The notes under the pieces: model-generated
Told to the model about the DNA's origin: nothing
What the model saw: the letters and a program-made list of their open reading frames with translations, nothing else
Databases searched by the model: none
Origin: Octopus vulgaris
Taxonomy: Eukaryota
NCBI GenBank assembly: GCA_951406725.2
Contig: OX597817.1
Span: 39,928,001-39,992,000 of the forward strand
Reading direction: 5' to 3'
Length of the DNA stretch: 64,000 bases
Translations under genes and position numbers: made by a program
Shown here: positions 52,200 through 64,000 of the stretch, piece after piece
Position numbering within the stretch: position 1 is the stretch's first letter
Layout: each line of letters starts with the position of its first letter

Positions 52200-52337
52200 G
52201 ATATATATATATATATATACATGCATGCATGTGTATGTGTGCGTATATATATACATCTTTGTGTATCTGTATATATATATATATATATATACATGCATGC
52301 ATGTGTATGTGTGTGTATATATATACATCTTTGTGTA

Positions 52338-52385
<48 letters not shown>

Positions 52386-52739
52386 GTATGTTTATGTATA
52401 CATGCATACATTCAATTATCATTACATACACATTTGTTTGAACTGATTAATAAAAGAATTATTGGTAAATAATGCTGAAAGAATTGTGTTATTATTGACA
52501 ATAGTAATACTTATGTTATGGAAACTGTAAAGCTTTAAAGTTTTTGTGTTTTTTAATTAATCAATTAGTTTATTCTGAGCATATTGGCTGTTTAATCTAT
52601 TATGAAATAATAAATCTTGTTAAGAATTACGTTTGTGTTCTGTGGCTATCTCTTTGTATCTACATAGTTGTGTGTGTGTGTGTTCTCTGCTTGCCTGTTT
52701 ATATGCCTAAATATGTATGTGTGTTTACATAAATATGTT

Positions 52740-52787
<48 letters not shown>

Positions 52788-53215
52788 TGTATGTATGTGT
52801 GTGTGTGTGTGTGTGTGTGTGCATGTATATCTGTTTGTATATATCTGTGTATATATACATATGTATGTATGTATATATGTAGGTATATATAATATATATA
52901 TACACACACACACACCACACACACACACCACACACACACACCACACACACACACACATACATATATAGATATATATGTGTTTGTGTGTGTGTGTATATAT
53001 ATATATATCTGCATGTATATCTCTTTGTATATATCTGTGTATATATGTATATGTATGTATGCATGTATATATGTAGGTATGGATATGTGTTTGTGTGTGT
53101 TCATGTATACATGTATGTATATATGTGCATATATAGATATATATATGTATGTGTATATATAGATATGTATTTATGCATGTATGTGAGTGTATGTGTGTGT
53201 GTGTATTGTGTGTGG
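52200..53215. repeat. Compound (TA)/(TG)/(CA) microsatellite field, including a ~70-bp tandem duplication at 52200-52380
   Basis: Seen directly in the sequence. Source of many spurious ORFs. Confidence 0.95.
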
Positions 53216-53836
53216 GTTTTTATTCCAAACTCTCGGTTATCGCGTATATGGCATATATGTACATTCTATTTTCTGCATTCTCTGCTTATAGCATGAATGG
53301 TGTGATATTTTTATTTTTCAATAAGAAATTAGCATTGAGCTTATCAGAATATGCTTGTTCCAGTCTACTCCACTCTCTGTGTTATCTGATGATATGGCTG
53401 CAGTATATATGTGCTTATGCTGATACATATTTTATTATCTTCAAACCTTGTTGCATGAGTTTGAAGCCGGAACTGTAAACAGGAAAATATAGATTAAGAA
53501 TAAATTGGTGGACTGTATTTCTAAGAAGGCACAAAACTTTGCATTTTCACCAGAAACTAAATGATCATCATCCTCATCATCATCATTTTCATTATATCAT
53601 TCATTCTTTAATGTTCACTTTTCAATGCCTCCATGAGGCAAGTGGAATTTTTTGAGTCAAATTTTCTACAGCTGGGTGTCCTTCCTGTCACCAACACTCA
53701 CCTGTTTCCAAGCAAGGTAACATTTCCCGTTGGAAGACAAGAAGTAACAACACAGCTTGTATGATACTGATGCTTGTTTACAATCATCACATGTCAAGAC
53801 AAGTACATACACACACACAAACATGACACACATACA

Positions 53837-53878
<42 letters not shown>

Positions 53879-53904
53879 CATATATATACTTGGAAAACAA
53901 TATA

Positions 53905-54773
53905 CGAGGTGCGATGGGTAAATTGTTGCCATTTTATGGTTTTAATTTTGTGTATGTGCTTTGTTTGTTTTTGATTTTATTGACGACACAGTATAGTAGG
54001 GTCAGTTGGGCATCATCTGCAAGAAAAACAGTGCCATGACACAATTCACAGTGTCAGAAATTTGAAAACATTGTGCTGTACTGCTTGGTATTCGTGCCGG
54101 AAGCTCCAATGTGAACATTTCATCATGTTTGAGTATCAATCTGAGGACATGTACCGGGAGTGATAAAAATCAAACATCCAATCAACATCATGGTGTTTGG
54201 AGCGATCAATAGTGATGGTGGCATTATGCCTCCATTCGTCTTTCCACATGGTCTCAGACTCAACACAGAGGCCTACATCAAGTGCCTAGAGGAGGTAGTG
54301 CTGCCCTGGGTCAAGAGGGTGGCTGTTGGAAGACTCTATGTGTGGCAACAGGACTCTGCACCATGCCACACAGGCAGGAGAACCCAGTCATGGCTGTCAG
54401 ATAATTTCTGCGACCACATCACCCCCTAACATCTGGCCACCTAACCCCCCCACACTGCAACCCCTTTGATTATTATGTGTGAGGTGCAGTTGAGCGAGAG
54501 ACCGACAGAACTTGTAGCACCAAAGATGTATTGAAGGCAAAGATTATAGCAGTGTTCACCAACTTAAAGAAGGAGAGCATCCAGAAAAGTCGCCGGAGAT
54601 TCCGAAGTCATTTGGAGGGCGTGGTTGTATCCAATGACGATTTTATTGAATAAATTTACTCTTTAGTATTTCAGGATATTTTTATGTAACTTTGGTAAAT
54701 ATATCTATTAAAATGAGATGTCCGTGTTATTTTCATTTTTGCGTAATTTAGACAGCAATTTAGTCACGCACTC

Positions 54774-54775
<2 letters not shown>
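53905..54775 (+). mobile_element. Internally deleted DD37D (maT-like) transposon
   Basis: ORF 54160..54429 (MVFGAINSDGGIMPP...WQQDSAPCH) continues through frameshifts to NIWPPN.P.CNPFDYYV, giving 37 residues between the 2nd and 3rd catalytic Asp. Degenerate TIRs cgaggtgcgatgggtaaattg / cagagtgcgtgactaaattg. Confidence 0.88.
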
Positions 54776-54868
<93 letters not shown>

Positions 54869-55904
54869 GTGTGTGTGTATATATGTGAGTGTGTGTGTGT
54901 GTATATGTACGAAACTGTGTGTGTGTGTGTGTATATATATGTTTTTATATCTATCTATACACACACACACACACACACACACATATGTTAGTGAAGGTGC
55001 ATGGCTCAGTGATTAGAGCGTCGGGCTCACAATCATGAGGTAGTGAGTCTGATTCCTAGACAAGGCTGTGTGTTGAATCCTTGAGCAAGACACTTTATTT
55101 CACATTGCTCCATTTGACTCAGCTGTAGAAACGAGTTGCGATGTCACTAGTACCAAGCTGTATCAACCTTTACCTTTCCCTTGGATAACATTGATGACAT
55201 GGAGAGGGGAAGCTGGTATACATGGGCGACTGCTGGTCCTCCATAAAACAATCTTGCTTGGACTTGTGCCTCGGAAGGTAACTTCCTAGGTGCAATCCTA
55301 TGGTCATTCATGACTGAAGGGGGTCTTAAAATATATATGTTACAGACGTCTTTCAATTTCTATCTACCCAATTCACTCACAAGGCATTGGTCAGCCTGGG
55401 GTTATAGTAGAAGATACTTGCCCAAAGTACTGCACAGTGGGATTGAACCCAAGACCACATGGCTGAGAAGCAAGCTCCTTAACCACACAGCCACTCCTAT
55501 GCCTGGATTTGTTCAATTCCTACAGAGTGTGTTGTTTGAGTTTCTTTTGCGACAACATAAAAGTCCATATCTTGTTTCTGTGATAAATTTCATATTCCAA
55601 TGATTTAGTTTCCATAGCAGAAACTGTCACTGTCATAGAAAATGATAGAAATTTCAAAGAATTGGTTTACATTTCATAGAATTAAAGCTCACCGTGCCAG
55701 AAGCACAAGAAATAACTGATAAAAGTGTGAAATCTCAGTGCAATCTTTTATGACGAAGTCTTGATCTGAATGTAAGAATAAAGTAAGCATAAACTTCTTG
55801 CTGTGTTCACAGTGCAAACAATGGGTGTTAACAAGATGTTTCAGCATCCACGGTACAGAATGTAATTGCATCTCTGAAACACAGAATCAACAAAAGTAAT
55901 GTAA

Positions 55905-56519
55905 CCCTTTTGTTTCCATATTTCTGTTGAGATACTCTGTGTTTTTTTCAATTGGGAGTGGCTGTGTAGTAAGTAGCTTGCTGACGAACCACATGGTTCC
56001 GAGTTCAGTCCCACTGCCTGGCACCGTGGGCAAGTGTCTTCTACTATAGCCTCAGGCCGACCAAAGCCTTGTGAGTGGATTTGATAGACGGAAACTGAAA
56101 GAAGCCTGTTGTATATATGTATATATATGTGTATGTGTGTGTATATATATTTGTGTGTCTGTGTTTGTCCCCCTAACATCACTTGACAACCAATGCTGGT
56201 GTGTTTACGTCCTCGTAACTTAGCAGTTTGGTAAAAGAGACCGATAGAATAAGTACTAAGCTTCCAAAAATAAGTCCTGGGGTCAATTTGCTCGACTAAA
56301 GGCGGTGCTCCAGCATGGCCACAGTTAAATGACTGAAACAAGTAAAAGAGTAAAAAAGTAAAGAGTATAACAAAGAATTTAATAAAATAATAATTTAGTT
56401 ATCATGAGGAACACAAATTGTGACTAAGGTTTGGTGGAAGATTTTAATTCAGAAATTTTGAAAACAAATCATTTGTACTAGAGAGCCAGGGTGGTTTCAG
56501 GTGGGTTGATATCAAAGGG
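55905..56519. mobile_element. Second copy of the piggyBac-type MITE, interrupted by a SINE (about 55953-56366)
   Basis: Both halves align to 30882-31090. Ends are gtaa|CCCTTT and AAAGGG|ttaa. Confidence 0.85.
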
Positions 56520-57337
56520 TTAACCAAACAGCTAGTCAGGCATCAGTTGAAAGGTGCTGGACAAAAGCTTGCACTGCTAGGGACATGTGATAGGAATGGC
56601 TGTTCAGTGTGGTATGGATAAGGGTGCTACCAAATGTAGGTGTCTTTGCAGTTGGGAAGAAAGGATTATATCTGATACCAGTATTTTTCTTTTACTTTCT
56701 TTTATTTCATTCATTTCAGTCATTAGACTCTGGCCATGCTGGAGCACTGCCTTGAAGAGTTTTTAGTCAAACAAATCGACCCCCAATACTTTTTTAAGAT
56801 CGATACGTTATGGGGATGTAAACAAACCAACACTGGTTGTCCGGCAGTGATGCAGGACAAACACATACACACAAACACATGTATGACTGGCTTCTTTCTG
56901 TTTCCGTCTACCAAATCCACTCACAAGTGAAAGCACTTGCCAAAGATGCCACACAGTGAGACTGAACCCAGAACCTTGTGGTTGGGAAGCTAGAGCCTCT
57001 GAGAATGGTGGGAGGGAGGAAAAGTATCCTCAAATCAAAGACCTGATCCAATCCAAATTCTTGCATTTAGTGAAGGAGTCCAGATGGCAAAGTAAATTCA
57101 TCACCAAAATGAGCTATGGTAAGATTTGAACTCAGAAATCAAACAGGTGGAACAGTTACAATAAAGTATTCCTTCTGATGCCCTAATGATTCTGCCAATC
57201 CACCAATCTAGGCTGGTACTTCATTTTATCAATCCAAGTAGTATGAAATGTAAAATTGACCTCGGTGCAATTTGAAATCAATAAAAAAAAAAAGGACAGA
57301 GCCCACAAGCAGTGTGTTCTATGAAAAACCTGGCAAA

Positions 57338-57482
57338 CAGTGCCATCTTAAAGCATGGGCACACTGAGCAATCAGTCCCTAGGAGCCCAATGCTAATCTA
57401 TGAATGCTGTCAAGAAATAAATACTATAGGTCCCAATGTATTGCTTTGCTCAGAGATCTGTAACACTGTTAAGATGGTCCTC
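57338..57482. mobile_element. Short hAT-like MITE
   Basis: cagtgccatcttaa ... ttaagatggtcct inverted ends. Related sequence occurs inverted at about 59620-59735. Confidence 0.4.
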
Positions 57483-59734
57483 TTAGCTAACCCATCCCAG
57501 CATGCAGTTATGAATGTTAAAACATACATGTTGATGGTGGTGGTGAAAGTTATGATGATATTTATTTAAAGTGTAAAGGATAATTCACTGGTTTATATCA
57601 CATCTTAAAACATACATTTAATATTTCCTGCTGGATCCCATGAATGGGATAATTAGGGTATTAACTGTTACAGTTGGTAAACCAAGCCTAATATTCTCAA
57701 TTTGGTCTGCAATCACTTCAACATGTGATTTGTGGCACATTGTGCACTTTTACAGTTCGTGTCAATTTGATGGAAGGAGTGAGCTAACATACTGCACAAA
57801 CATTTGATCCCTATAAACAAAGCCTCAAATTTGGTGGGAGGGGACTAGTTGATTACATCAGCCCCAGTACACAACTGGTATTTAATCTATCAACTCTGAA
57901 AGGATGTAAAGCAAAGTTGATCTGGGAAGAATTTGAACTCAGAACATAGTGGCAGACAAAATACCACTAAGCATTTCACCTGGCATGATAACGATTCAGC
58001 CAGCTCACTGCTTTAATAATAATAATGATAATAATAATAAAAAGAATAATGTTTTCAAATTTTTGGCACCAGACCAGCAATTTTGGAAGAAGGGCCAGTT
58101 GATTACATTGACCACAGAGCCCGATTGGTTAACAAATCGTCTGTGTGGGTTGTTTAGCAACCTGGAAGCTCAGTCAGATCTTGAGTTACCAAGTTAGTAA
58201 ATTCTCATCTGGCACTTACAAGAGTCCAACAGGTACTTTTATTGTACATAACCATCCTACTCTGGACTTAGTATGGCCAAATAGTTAAGACATTTGCTTT
58301 GCTATCATGAAGCCTCAAGTTCGATCCCACTGCAAAGGATCTTGGACATGCATCTTATACTATGGTCCCACGTTGACCTAAACCTTGTGAATAAAATTAA
58401 GTGGACAGGAACTATTGAAATCCCATTGAATAAGTTATATATATTATCTAAAGGTCCAGTTTTGTCACATGGTATCATCATCATCATCATCGTTTAACAT
58501 CCGTTTTCCATCCTAGCATGGGTTGGACAGTTCGACCGGGGTCTGGGAAGCCAGGAGGCTGCACCAGGCCCCAGTCTGATCTGACAGTGTTTCTACAGCT
58601 GGATGCCCTTCCTAACGTCAACCACTGTCATGTTAAATTCTCCCCGAGAATTACATTAGGGATATATGGTGTGCCTGTGGAATACTCAGCCACTTCATGT
58701 ATATTAATTTAAAGAGTAGGTCGTTCAATTGATGGAAAGACTGAACAGCTCATCACTGAAAGCAACAGCGGTTTCATTCAATTATTTTTATTGCACATTA
58801 TTCAGCTTATCACTGACCATTCAACTGTGAATGACATAGCTAACCAATAAACCATTATAAACAACAGGTGTGTTACGTGTGTGCTTGTGCTTGTGTGTAT
58901 GCGTGTGAGTCTGTGTGTAAAGAGAGAGGAAGGCAGACAGATAAAGATATTAGTATATCTATATATGCAAATATCTTTTCACCAAGTGTCATTATGATAT
59001 TAAATACCTCTATCAAAGGAACCTTTGCATGGTTGCTCTGTCTGCTAGAAATAGCTGCCAAATTTTAACACCAAACTCTACTGTCTTAAAATGAGGAAGG
59101 ATATTATACAATTTCAGTTTTACATGTACAAATTCAAGGGATGGTCACAACTGGAATGACTTTCATCATATATCTACTCTGTTCAAGCTGGCATCATCTT
59201 CACAAACCAGCAAAGGAGCCTGTATGTGATTACTTAACCTGCTAGAATATAGAAGCAAAATCTTCCACAAATTGCACCCCTTATTCAAAAGGTAAAAGCA
59301 CATTGAATCATGTAGTCTTAGATTTACAATACCTGAAAAAGAAGGCAGGTTAGTAAAAGCTGGACTACTTTAGATTGCCTCTTACAAAACCATTTCCTTC
59401 TTTTTGTATTAATAATTATGTATTAGATGCAGGCATGGCTGTGTAGTTAAGAAGCTCATTTCCCAATCATGTAGTTTCAGGTTCAATCCCACTACAAGTC
59501 ACCTTAGACAAGTGTCTTTTACAATGGCTCTGGAATAACAAAATTTTGTGAATAGATGTGGTTGACAGAAACTCAAAGAAACCCATTGGGTATAGGCACA
59601 GAAGTTCCTTAGCAGCATTGTGGGCCCCTGGGTAAATCAATGCATTAGGTCCTATAGTGTTTATTTATTGATGGTAAACCACAACATACAAAGGACTGCC
59701 TAGAGTGCCCATACTTGAAGATGGCCCCCCCTGC

Positions 59735-59735
59735 A

Positions 59736-59772
<37 letters not shown>

Positions 59773-60056
59773 GTGTATATATGTATATGTATATATGTAT
59801 ATACATATATATATGTGTATATGTATATATGTATATACATATATATATGTGTATATGTATATATGTATATGTATGTATGTATATACATATATATATACAT
59901 GAATGTATATATATATATGTATGTATGTATATATATATACATATATACATGTATGTGTATATGTATATATGTATATATACACATATATGTATATATATAT
60001 ATATGTATATACATATATATACATGAATGTATATATATATGTATATGTGTGTGTGT
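59735..60056. repeat. Compound (TA)/(TATG) microsatellite
   Basis: Seen directly in the sequence. Confidence 0.95.
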
Positions 60057-60365
60057 CTTTGTCATAACATTATATAATTGTTGTAAATGAATGACATTCA
60101 TTTCCAATATTGTGAAGATGTGTCCAGCTATGGGGAAATATTACTTTGTTTAGAAACAGGTAAGAGTTGGTGACAGGAAAGGCATCCAACTCTTTTCAAA
60201 AGTCAAGACTATTGCAAACTTTTCAATAGTCAAGACTACTGAAAATGTTGCAAGACGCAATGAAAATTTTAGGAAAATAAAAATAAGAAATAAGTGGAAA
60301 TGTTACCAGTGAGTGTGTTACATTATAAGGCACAAAAAGAAAATGACTCTCTCCGGACACAACAG

Positions 60366-60420
<55 letters not shown>

Positions 60421-61515
60421 GCATGAGGAATAGAAAAAGGAAGTAGGAAACCATAAAATAGCTCCATGCAATCTTTAAAGATTTAAAGCTGTCTAGAAAA
60501 GAACCAGGAAGAAGGAAGTTTAGTTGTTTTGTTATAATGTTGATGAGAGACAAGAATTATAAAACAAGTGTGTCACAACAAATCTGGATGTCCTTGGGTT
60601 GAAATGAGTCTCAAGGGATTTTGGGTGCATTTTCACACCTGTCGGTGTAGATAACAAAATAAAAAAAACATGACCAGCCTGTGTTTTTAGGGGTATCTAC
60701 ATTATTCAAATTATCCTTCCTGTTTTTAAGGTGATAGAATATGATTTGAAGGGGATTTAACTGTTATTCCAGACAGCATTACTTAGTATCTCCTAGTTTT
60801 TAAAGACTGTAGATTGTAATTTTAAAGACTCACCTGCTGTTTCTAGCAGATCAAGAAACCATATTGAAGTTCTCTCATTCATTGCATTGTATACTGTCGT
60901 TCTTGTTGTTGTGTAACCCCAAGTCAACCATGAGCAAGCAGATCTCTGATCAAATGTCATTCCAGCCTTGATTATCCCTATACTTTTATCAGATTACATT
61001 ATTCTATGTATCCTTCTTTTCTTAACACTTAGATTGTGGTTTAAGCTAGATTTGACTGCTGTTTCTAATATGCTGAACTCTACGTAGAGACTTGCCCACC
61101 GACGCAGTGATTGTATTGTGGTGGTGGTGGTGGTGGCAGTTTTGTTTTTGTTTTATTTAAATGACCAAAGTCTATTTACTATCTTTCCAAAAGTTCAGAA
61201 CTAAAGGTGGGTCATCAATGTTGATGTCAACACTTGTATATAACTTTCTAACAATGTATATCTACTCTGAAGTGTATGTATGTATGTGTGTGTGTGTGTG
61301 TGTGTGTGCATGCACGCACACAGACATACATGTATATGCATTTGTATGTGTATTCAAAATTTGTTTGACATTATGAATGTGTTAGAGAAGGAGAAAAGTG
61401 TGGTGGGGAGTAGTGAGAGGAGGAAGCCGGTATTAGAGAACGATGTTGTTAAAAGGTCGTTAAGTTATTGTTCATTAATTTATTTGTCACATTCTGGCCA
61501 CCTTCGTAAATCTTG

Positions 61516-61611
61516 ATGGGGATTGTGCAGAGTTGTACAGGTAAGAGGAAACACCCACGCTATGGATATGCCTCTGGGCAACCCCCGAAGAAGAGGAGAC
61601 TGAAGAGGAAA
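61516..61611 (+). CDS. Candidate first coding exon MGIVQSCTGKRKHPRYGYASGQPPKKRRLKRK (myristoylation/palmitoylation pattern + basic cluster)
   Basis: ATG with G at +4 and an in-frame upstream stop. Non-repetitive, relatively GC-rich island. Ends in a consensus AAA|GTAAGT donor (phase 0), with a second strong donor CAG|GTAAGA after 61540 (phase 1). MGxxxS pattern with Cys7. Confidence 0.55.
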
Positions 61612-63315
61612 GTAAGTGGGATATTAGTGTATATTAATTATAACATCATTAATGTAATCATGTGGTGAATAATTACATTTCTCTTTCTCAGTCTGTTTGT
61701 GTTTGTGTGTGTGTGTGTGTATGTGTGTGTGCGAGAGAGAGAGAGAGAAGATAGATAGTTTAGTGGTTAAGGTATTGGGCTCATAATCAGAAGGTTGTGT
61801 GTTCAGTTCCTGAGCCAGGCAGCTCATTGTATCCTTGAGCAAGTTACTTCAGTCAGTTTCACTGAGTATGAGAACCAGCCTAGTGCTTGTGCATCCCTCT
61901 TTCCTTCCAGCTATTACATGAATAAGTATCAGGCTTAAAAAGCAACCCAAGTACTGGGGTTGATTCGTTTTGACTAAAGTTCCTCAAAGCAGTGCCCCAG
62001 CATGGCCACGATGTAATGACTGAAACAAATAAAAGATAAACGAGAAAGATATATATCCACATACACGTACACAGGGTATCTGCTGTAAATTAGAGTTGCA
62101 ATTTGAAAAATTCAGAAAAAAACTGAAAAGTAAAGAGAACTTAGCAGAGTCTATTGGCAAACTCATAAAGTTTTAATAGAAACATCAGAACACTTCCACA
62201 TGGGTTCTGTTGATTTCCATGCAGCACCTGTGGATGATACAATACAATAAATTGTGGAAGATGTTATATTAGAAGACACTTACCCAATGTGCCACATACT
62301 GTGACTGAACCTGTATCCATTTGGTTGTGAAGCAAATTTCTTACCACAAAGCCATGCCTGCACCTATAAACATATTTATATATGTATGCATGTATGTATG
62401 CATATATGTAGTTCAAATTTACAGAAAACAAAAAGCAAAGACAGGTGATGGAACAATGAGCAGGTGTATTATAGTTTGACGCTCAGGAGGAATGGAAAAG
62501 TCTTTGATGTTTTGAGCCTATGCTCTTCAGCAGAAAGGATTAAGAGGGAAAAAAATGGAGTGAATGAAAAAAAAGCGGAGAAAAAAACATGTAGGGTTTA
62601 ATGCTTCTACATGATGAAAATGAATATATGTATATTTGTGTAAGAATTAATGTGTATGAAGTAATGGTTCAACTTGATGAAAATGTATGAGTGTGTTCAA
62701 CAAATGATGAAAATGTGTGTGTGTGTCTGTGTGTCTGTGCTCTATGAAAGTCAATTACCAAAGCTGTTGTCACTTCTGTCAACTAATTATCCTCTGGCTT
62801 TTTGCCTTTAGAGACATGTGCAATTCTTACCTAAAAAAAATTAAAAAACAGTTAAAGATTAGTGATAGGAAGGGCATCCAACTGTAAAACAATGCTTCTG
62901 TAATATATTCATCCAACTCATGCTGGCATGGGAAAATGGTTGTAAAACCATACAAATGATTCGTGCGTGTTTAAATAACATTAATAATGAGGAGCACAAG
63001 TTCATTTTACTGATATGTTATGTTGTGACAAAAATTGATCCATAAATTGTAACTACATCAATACATTTAAATTTGTTTCAATCGTTTCAAATTAATAACA
63101 ATAATAGTAGCAACAGCAACAACAATAATAAATGACAGTAATAGTAACAACAACAACAATGAAACTGTGATCAACATACCATCAGTCATTATCTGTTCAA
63201 AGTACTGGTAACATTCCAAGAAAATCTAATAAGGCATAGCAAAGGTCACTTTGTCTCACATCTTCACTACCCATAAAATCTGCCTATCCTCTCTCTCTCT
63301 CCCTCCCTCCCCCCC

Positions 63316-63356
<41 letters not shown>

Positions 63357-64000
63357 CTTTGTCACCTTTTAAAAGGTATCTCAATAACACTGAATTCTAA
63401 GTCTTCCTTTTTCTATCTCAATTCATTCTCTCTCTCTCTCTCTCTGCTCCACTTTCTTTTTTCCTTTCTCTTTTCTCTCTTTCTTCCATATCAGTTTATA
63501 AAAGACCTCTCAATAACACACCATTCTGAATGTCATTGTTGTTCAGAGTGTTTGTAACATATCTCAACTCCCTGTTTTTACACTGATGGAATAATAAATC
63601 ACAACAAATTCTTCATTGATATAAACCAAGCATGAGCAACCATTTCCAAGAAGGGGGCCACATGAGGCATGGCTCATCATCAGGCAGTCCACACTACATA
63701 AAACATAATTTGTTTGACATGCCATTCAGAAAGGCCCCCAGGGCTGGTGTAAATTAATGGTTATCAGCAAAATGATGCCTCAACAATATATTCATCTAAC
63801 CCATACCTGCATGGAGATATGGACATAAAAAGAAACAAATAATCCATGTGCATATGTGTGTGTGTGTGTGTGTGTGATCAATTAGCTTCAGTCATTGATG
63901 TGATGTTGTGGTTTGAAATGATGGTTGTATTGGATCATCAGTGAGATGGTGGTGGTGGTGGTGGCCACTGCCGTCGCCATCACTACCACCACCGGTTGTG

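Noticed and set aside
52156-53478. Stacks of overlapping ORFs rich in Y/I/C/V/H/T (also at 7201-7616, 21465-22032, 54764-55016, 59645-60107)
   Set aside because: These are translations of (TA)/(TG)/(CA) microsatellites, which lack stop codons in several frames.

Overview
AT-rich, repeat-dense animal genomic DNA. The SINE and microsatellite landscape points to an octopus or other coleoid cephalopod (inference). The + strand carries part of a multi-exon spectrin-repeat gene (nesprin/SYNE-like): six phase-0 exons at 2169-2345, 4039-4200, 5845-6015, 6631-6807, 14486-14788 and about 21236-21298. These stop in the middle of a spectrin repeat. A 1854-nt phase-0 terminal exon (39842-41695) follows, encoding a KASH-less disordered tail with about 9 LC8/DYNLL-type (T/S/M/A)QT motifs, three repeated amphipathic helices, a PPPY motif and a C-terminal coiled coil. 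About 20 kb further on, a short candidate first exon not in the ORF track (61516-61611) encodes MGIVQSC (N-myristoylation/palmitoylation pattern) plus a bipartite basic cluster and ends in a phase-0 GTAAGT donor. Together these suggest a nesprin-like locus split at one long intron into separately targeted N- and C-terminal isoforms. The rest is transposon-derived: a mellifera-type mariner, two DD37D (maT) remnants, R4/Dong-like RLE LINE fragments in (TAA)n tracts, piggyBac- and hAT-type MITEs, several tRNA-SINE families, inverted repeats and microsatellites. Most ORF-track entries are microsatellite or SINE artefacts.
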